Source: the human T2T-CHM13v2.0 reference genome, Homo sapiens
DNA length: 64,000 bases
Direction: 5' to 3' (one strand)
NCBI RefSeq assembly: GCF_009914755.1
Contig: NC_060926.1
Both the position numbers and the translations under genes were made by a program. The notes beneath the pieces were generated by a model. It saw nothing but the letters and a program-made list of their open reading frames with translations. It did not search any database and was not told the DNA's origin. Position 1 is the stretch's first letter. Every line of letters begins with the position of its first letter. Shown here piece after piece: positions 56,109 through 64,000 of the stretch.

Positions 56109-56584
56109 TGAAAGGCAATGGAAGGGTATCGTGGATCAATAAGGCTGAGAGGCGAGAGAAAGAGGGCAAAAATCTTCTTTATTGAGCTCTCGGGCGAGGT
56201 TCACTTGTCCGCAGGAGGAGGGCCAGGGAAGTTGCGCTGTGCTAAAGGTGCAGCAGGCTTATATGGATGCTGGGTGAGGAGTTGGCGGGGTAGGGGCCGG
56301 GTTGGTTGAGTTTCGCGCTTCTGAGTGTGACGCGCCCTAGTGGGCATGCGCATCGGTCGGGGTGGCGGGAACAGGAAAAGGTGAACCCAGAAATGCTGAG
56401 TCAGGCTACCCAAGGTGGCTGTCGGGAGGGTGGGAATAAATGGCGGGAATAAGCAAAAATGCCAAGTCAGGGTGGCCAAGATGGCCACTGGGATGGCGGG
56501 AACCCGCGAATCTGGGAATGCCGAGTCAGGGTAGCCAAGACGGTTGCTGGTCGCCATCTTGGAGTCTTCACCGGAGTCCAATCA
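56109..56584 (-). repeat. HERV-Fc2 5' LTR (promoter)
   Basis: TGATTGGACTCC...CCTTTCA; TATA-like CATATAAG near 56258-56265. Confidence 0.95.
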
Positions 56585-58096
56585 ATTGGTACTTCTATGT
56601 TTTAGCCTCTTGCTTTTATTATTGCAGTAAGTGATTAATGACTTGAGTAATACTCTTTTTGACTTGTTGCTTTAATTGACTACTCCAACACCTGGCAGCT
56701 CAGCTCTCCTCAGCTCAGCAGAGCTCCTGACATGTATCCCTCTTTGCCTAGCTGGTTTAGGTTTAAATCCCGACCCAACCAGCACACACATCATTATAAA
56801 ACACAAAGCTTTCTGAAAATTATTTAACTACCTTGAGCCTCAGATTTCTCATCTAAATGGCAATAACAGCATTCACCACATTCAACTTTTTTGGGGGAGG
56901 ATTCCAGGAGATGGCTTGTGTAAGAATCAGTAGTCTCAGTCCATGGTAGTGAGTCAATATTAATGATGACATTGGAGATTATGAAAATGATTATTTAGAT
57001 TACTCAACACCAGGTCCCTTTAAAACCTACACACTTTTCTCTATGGAGGAGTTGGAGTTCAAGTGTTTAATTCATTTCCTCTCACTAAAAAATTAAACAC
57101 CAGTGTTTAAATAATGATGAGCAGGGAGTTCCAGAAAAATAACTAGTTTGAGCTCTGGGTCCTCAAATGAAATTTTATTTGAATTCCGGCAAAAAGATGC
57201 ATCGGTTCAGATTGCAAATCAAGTCCCTAACCTGAAGGCAGGGCCTTGGCGTTCATTTCAGGCCTTCATTTCAGTCTGAGTGCTCTGTTTGTTTTTGGTA
57301 AAATATTTTCAAGCTTTCTTGTTTACAGTATGGATTTTTGTTAAGAGCTATACTCTTCTAAAATGTAATTTTTAATTTCCTTGTTTATCCTTAACCATAT
57401 TTTATCATTCCAACCCACACCTCCATGTGAAGAAGGTAAGATGGAAATATTGGAGACAAGATGGCAAGAGATTGTGAAAGCTAGAAATGACTCCCTCTTC
57501 CTACTCTCCACATTGTCAGCCCTCTGAGAACACATTGGCCCAACTGCTTGTACTTTGTCAAAATGAATTCATCCCAATCTATGTATCATAAATAGATGCA
57601 AATATTTCCAAGATGCACCTGGGTATGCAGGCATCATAACCAACTAATTCAGTAAACAGAGAGGAGATGTACATTCTTTATAAGTCTGCAGGGAAGCAGA
57701 AAAGACATTTCTAGAGATGAAATTATACAGCAGGGCTTCTTAGTTTAGAGACAGCAAGATTTCCTTGATATTTTTTCAGCTCTTCTTCATTCATCTATTC
57801 AGCCATTTATGCAGTAGTCATCGTGAGTGTTTCTATATGTAAGCTCTGAGCTAGATAACTCCATCTAACACCATTGCAACTTATCTCCAGCTGAGCCTGT
57901 TGGGTGAATACTTTTATCTGCATTGATTATCAATCCTCTTCGAGAAAGTAAAACATTCTACATGAGGTGTTTTACTTTATGTTGTTTAGTTTATTGAGTT
58001 GACTCCTCTGGGTAAACATAGTTATTTTGGCCATTATGAACACATAACCTCAATCAAAGAACTAATGAAATTTACATGGGAACAGGAAGCTATACG

Positions 58097-58099
<3 letters not shown>

Positions 58100-58128
<29 letters not shown>
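58100..58128. repeat. Poly-T tract (29 nt)
   Basis: Homopolymer with no adjacent recognisable SINE body. Confidence 0.9.
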
Positions 58129-58131
<3 letters not shown>

Positions 58132-60396
58132 ATCAGCTAAGACATGTATTTGCCAGATTCTCTTAGTACCTACAACTTGTGAAGGATCCTTGGGGATATT
58201 CTATTAAATTATCAAAGCACTGATGAGAAGGTAATGGGAGTCAGAATGTAGTATACAGGAAGGAGCTTTGTCCCTTGATCAATTCAGGAAAATAAGAAAG
58301 TCATACAACTTGAATAACATTAACATAATCTTTTGGTTTATTTCATGTTCCATAAGATGTAACTACTAAAATGAAAACATGTGTCTTAGGATGCATTAAT
58401 GGAAATAATAGATCCAGTAATATAACTTATTTGGTGAAAAAATGACTAGAATTATTTGAGTCTGGAATTCTTCTCCTAGGAAACAATTCAAGAAATTAAC
58501 TACATATATTTGGTGAAAATTAGCAGAAAGCTAGAATTTAAGTATGTTTAAATTATAAAATAAATTATTTAATTCTCATGTAAGATGTTTGAAGCAGCTC
58601 TAGGTAAACTAGATAGAAAATGTTGAGCTACAGACAGGACCAAAATTCCACTTAGTTTATTAACAGAAACAATAGGAAAATTAAAAACTAATAGAGGGAA
58701 GTGGACAGAGCAGATATTAAGATTAGATTTTTATAAGATGTAAATTTTCCTGTGTTTCTTTAGGATGCTTATCTCCAATAGAAAATGATAAAATTAAATT
58801 CTATGTACATTAAAGAAAAGTATGCTGTAAAATGACAAGTGATATAAATCCTATGCCTAGAATTGGTGGATCAGTTGGGAACTACAACAGTAATTATGGG
58901 TCTCATTTTATTTAAATGATTTTTGGCAGATGTTCTTGGAAGAAAAACTGAAACCCAAAACAGCATTTGTAGTACCAGATGGATTTTATGAGTTGAACGT
59001 CTTACCCTTTGGACTGTAGAATTCACATGTCTCTTTTTAAAGATCGATTAATAATTTATTAATGGGTAGGGTCACTCAACACTGATGCCATACAGGTACA
59101 CAGCCAGACTGTTTCAAATGAATGTCTGGAGCCACTTGGCCTGGTATTAACTTTAGCCATAAAGCTAGTCTTATGCTCAAGCTTACTACATGGGAGCAAT
59201 GTGGACGTTCACAAAGTATGAAATAAGAATATAAACAATTGCAAAATAAGATTAATAGAAACTTTTAAACTTTTTGAACAAAGACACAAATAAGGAAATT
59301 CACTCAACAATCTTTATTGACCTCTTGATCTGTGTCAGAAATGACATAAGTACATTAGCATATCAGGTGCTGGCTTCCATTCTTAGGACTAAACTTGTTC
59401 CAATATGTGATTTCCAACCAAATTGGAAACTTGAAAAGGGAATCTGTCCCTTATTATGTCAGATAGATTTAGAGGGAAAAAAAATGATACTTCTCCAGGT
59501 TTTCTGATGATCTGTGTAGTAACAGTACTATTATCTTCCTCCATCTTTTAAGTCAGCATTCTGAAATCCTGTCCAACCACCAAAAACAAATTGCTGCTTG
59601 CTTTGCCCTGTAGTGTCAGTGTATCCTGGAATTAATGCTGGTTATCTGCTCAGCACCTCTAAGCTCCTCACTATTTCCCCTGGTTCAGCAGTAACATCTG
59701 TCATCCAGGAACCACTCCTTATCATTTTATAGAGGACTTGCATGGTGGGAGCTGACATATGTTACATGCTGCCTCTAAGAGAACCTGTGATAGAAATTGT
59801 TCTATCCACAAATGAGCCAGTAAAAAGCCAGTCTAAACAAGGCAGCTTACCAAGCAAAACTCTTCCCAGATTATCTCTGTGTGATCCACCCTTTCCCCCA
59901 TTATAACAGATACTTTTTTTCCTGTAATGTCAGACTTATCCCAGAATCATCCTGTATTTCTCTGTAGTTATCAGTCCCTTAACACAAAAGCTCCAAATTC
60001 TAAAGATTTTACCCCCTTAATATCTATCCTCCTCTTATTTTTTCACAGCAACTGATTTCCTTTATAACCCCACAGTATTTCTGGCAAAATCTATGTCTGA
60101 TTATGTTAAGTCAAGCTTCATATGGTACTTTCCCAAGGCCAAAGTCTAAATTCACTTACATGGAACCTAATAGGTACTCAGTAAATCATCACTGAGTTAA
60201 TTTTATTTTGCCCGTTATATCTGGGTACGTTTTCTCACCCATATTTGCCTGTCTTAGTCATTAACTCAGGCATCACCATCAGTTTCAGTTTTCCTTGGTT
60301 TTATGTGTCACATTTTGTCATAGAACAGTTGAATTCCCTTAAGTATCACTAAGATAAAATCAGAAGAAATCATATTTTCTACCAGGATGATGATGA

Positions 60397-60861
<465 letters not shown>

Positions 60862-61408
60862 ATGCCATTTTCAAGTTATACTGCCTCAAAAAATAATAAA
60901 GAGAAAACATAAAGTAAAATTTTTAAATTTTGAGTTAACCAGCAATGATTATAAAATAGGTTTTTGAAATTTGTCGACCTGTTGCTTGATGTCTCCAATC
61001 TTATTTTCTATTCTTCAAGCTTTAGAGTAGAAGTGTTGTGCTTTCTCCACACCACCTGCGCAGGTGCTTTGACCTCACCAGTGCCTATGGAAAGCTTATT
61101 GACTCAATTATCAATAGATATGAAATTCTTACTCTTGATTCAGGGTAGGGCAATTCTTATATCTGCATTCTTGAAAAAGACTGCATGCATGATCTTATGT
61201 CAATAAGTCTATAATTTCAAATGTGTATTGTCATTGATCCAGAAAATATTCACCTTCACCAATTCCACACATCCACACACATACTTATAGTTACTCTGCT
61301 TGCCTGAACCTCATCTTTTGGCCCAGAGGTGTAAATAGAATTGGTTATTCAGTGACGCCCACCCACCTTGCCCCACTTCTTCCAAGAACATGTTTTAAAA
61401 AGCACATC

Positions 61409-62153
61409 CAGCAATCCCTCTGTTGGATTATATATCCAAAAGAAAAGAAATCAGTGTGTTAAAGAGATAGCTGCACTCCTATGTTTGTTGCATCATTGTT
61501 CACAATAGCTAAGATTTGGAAGCAACCTAAGTGTCCATCAGCAGATGACTGGATAAAGAAAATGTGGTACATATGTGCAATGAAATACTATTCAGCCATA
61601 AAAAAGAATGAGATCCTGTCATTTGCAACAACATAGATGCTACTGGAGATCATTATGTGAAGTAAAATAAGCCACACACAGATAAACAAACTTTGCATGT
61701 TCTCATTTATTCATGGGGGCTAAAAATTAAAACAATTGAACTCATGGAGACAGAAAGTACAAGAGTGGCTACCAGAAGCTGGGAAGGTTGGTGGGTTGGG
61801 GGAAGTGGGGATGGTTAAGGTGTACCAAAAATAGTTCAAATGAATGAATAAGACCTAGTGTTTGTTCGCACAGCAGGGTGACTATAATCAAAAATAATTT
61901 AATTGCACATTTGAAAATAATTAAAAGTTTATAATTGGATTATTTGTAATGCAACAGATAAATGCTTGATGTGATGGATACCCTATTTACCCTGATGTGA
62001 TTGATTATTACTTACTGTATGCCTCTATCAGTATATCTTATGTAGCACTTAAATATCTCCCTTAAATACATCTAGTATATACCCACAAAAATTAAAACTT
62101 AAATTTAAAAATTTAAAAATAAGAAAATAAAAATTAAAAAGAAAAGGAAAGAA
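61409..62153 (+). mobile_element. L1MA (L1MA2-like) 3' end
   Basis: GAATGAATAAGACCTAG...CAGGGTGACTATA 3'UTR, A-rich tail; TSD AAAAAGCACATC (61397-61408, 62154-62165). Confidence 0.9.
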
Positions 62154-62844
62154 AAAAAGCACATCTCTCTCCTTGCCTTCTGCAAATTCTGTGGCCTTCT
62201 AGAGGCCCTTCCCTCAGAAAGCAGCCCTCACCACCCACCCCTTCCTTTGTTTTCAGGATAGTTGCCTATGCCTTGAGCAGCAGATTTCAATGAGATGTTC
62301 CGTGAAATTAAGAAAGGTAACTGCAGCATTGAGCAAGAGAAACAGTTCACAGACTATCCTTAAGAAAAATGGTAGGAAGTACCCTGAGGTGAGAGGAAGG
62401 GAAAGAGAGAGAAATAAAGAAAATATAGATTGAGATGGAAAAGCCAAATTGGTATTTACAGTGAAACACAGGAATATCCAAGTGGCAATGATGGCAGCAC
62501 ATGGGAACCTGGGGCAAAGGATATGAAGAGAGGAGGAGAGCCATGAATTAATGAACTTCTATAACATAACTATGCTACCTAGAACACAACCTTGCCTTAG
62601 AAGTCCGATAAGAGATGTATGAAGTTTTTAATGTTCACCATGAGTAGATGCAATTTCATAAGGGAAAAATGCTCAATATAAAAACAGACAAGGTTTATGA
62701 ACAGGTAAGTCATCTTCTAAGGGGAGAAAACAGTCAATAACACAGGAAACTATATTTGGAAGCTATGAGTAATGAAATGAAATTAAAGTGATACATCACT
62801 TTTTACATACAGCATCATTTTGAATAAAGAGAACATATTACCAT

Positions 62845-63157
62845 ATTCTTTATTTCCATGGGTTTTTGGGGAACAGGTGGTATTTGGTTACATCAATAAA
62901 TTCTTTTGTGGTCATTTGTGACATTTTGGTGTACCCTTCACCCAAGCAGTATTCACTGAACCCAATTTGTAATCTTTTATCCCTCACCCCCTTTCCACCT
63001 TCTCCCCCCGAGTCCTGAAAGTCCATTGTATCCTTCTTATGCCTTTGCATCCTCATAGTTTAGCTCCCACTTATGAGTGAGAACATAACGATGTTTGGTT
63101 TTCCATTCCTGAATTACTTCACTTAGTATAATAGTCTCCAATGCTATCCAGCTTGCT
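62845..63157 (-). mobile_element. L1PB 3'UTR fragment
   Basis: TTTTTGGGGAACAGGTGGTATTTGGTTAC...CTCATAGTTTAGCTCCCACTTATGAGTGAG. Confidence 0.88.
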
Positions 63158-63599
63158 TTAAAAAAAAAAATAAACCAAATCTACTCTCAGTTAAAGACAA
63201 CTCCTTTACATTAAAACAATTGAATGGATTTCTACCAATGCTTCTGAAAGTAATTCTAGATGATGTTATCTATTTTTTGGAGGAGTGTACTTTTCAATTA
63301 GTTTAGTGATTTTGTCATGCTGTCCCTAGATTTCGGCTTCCTAGCTTTGTCCTTGGAGCAGTGTCTCATTTTCCTTGTAATTCAGTTTGCTCTGTCTTTG
63401 GTCATATGTGAAATGGAAATGTTGAGTCACATTTTCAGTCTTCTGAGTCTAAGTCTTCCCCTACCACCTCCTTTCTAACTCTTCCCCAAGCAGGAGAATA
63501 TCTAATCTGATATACCATAACTCAAAAACTCACTGTATGTTCAAAGTAGCTGTGCTTTAAAAGCCCATCTTTTTTATTCTTTTTCTTTTTAAATAAATG

Positions 63600-63860
63600 T
63601 GCTAATAATGATAGATAACTCTTGTATAGTGCTTACCCTGTCACAGGCACTGTTCTAAATGGTACATATTTAATTACTCCATTAATCAACCTAAAACTTT
63701 ATGAGAAAATATAATTTTCACCCCATTTTAGAGACTAGAAATATGACATATGAGTTAGAGGCTAACTAACTTTTCCAAGGTCATTCAATTTCTGTGTGTC
63801 AGAGTCAGGGCTGAGCCAGACATTCTAGCTCAGAATCCTGTGTTCTTGAGCACTGGGCCA
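63600..63860 (-). mobile_element. MIR
   Basis: AGTGCTTACCCTGTCACAGGCACTGTTCTAA...CCCCATTTTAGAG...AACTTTTCCAAGGTCA. Confidence 0.8.
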
Positions 63861-64000
63861 CGTACATCTCTTAGGTAACCATGGGTCAGAATAAAGAGGA
63901 CCTTGCAAATAATTTACATATTTAGACCATTTTTATTTGGCTTTATTTGAAGCCTCATCCTGGAATTAGGTCGAAGGTTGTTACTACCATTAATATAAGG

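Larger units (their letters stand above)
51038..56584 (-). mobile_element. HERV-Fc2 (LTR46-type) provirus, internally deleted, 5547 bp
   Basis: Two 476-bp TG..CA LTRs, TSD ATTGG (51033-51037, 56585-56589), tRNA-Phe PBS, PPT, gag-pro-IN-env remnants; Env peptide near-identical to HERV-F(c)2 Env as recalled. Confidence 0.93.
50006..56732 (+). mobile_element. Older ERVL-type LTR (MER54/MER73-like, ~0.73 kb net) split in three by two later insertions
   Basis: Segments ~50006-50160, 50612-51037, 56590-56732 join across both TSDs; TATA-like GACTATAAAT near 50903; ends ...CTCCTGACA; subfamily uncertain. Confidence 0.6.

Overview
Primate (hominoid-type: AluY, L1PA2) non-coding DNA, mostly interspersed repeats. 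I recognise no cellular protein-coding gene, RNA gene or CRISPR array. The main element is a 5.5-kb internally deleted HERV-Fc2 (LTR46-type) provirus on the minus strand (51038-56584), with 476-bp LTRs, a 5-bp TSD and a tRNA-Phe PBS. It sits with a HERV-K/HML-5 LTR22 solo LTR inside an older ERVL-type LTR. This copy keeps what looks like the authentic env signal peptide (MKFAFFVLSLFLFLHTSHS), a KSKR cleavage site, three Gag zinc knuckles and a 71-codon ORF between pol and env with an AUGA stop/start overlap. Elsewhere: a convergent LTR7 (HERV-H)/LTR17 (HERV-W) solo-LTR pair, two young L1PA2 insertions with short 3' transductions (one also 5'-inverted), an L1PA7-like copy with a fold-back 5' end, and many Alu/MaLR/MLT2/MIR/L2/MER elements. 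Subfamily names and reference-protein comparisons come from memory of consensus sequences and need Dfam/UniProt confirmation. I see no evidence of a new cellular system; the best novelty candidates are in the HERV-Fc2 pol-env region.
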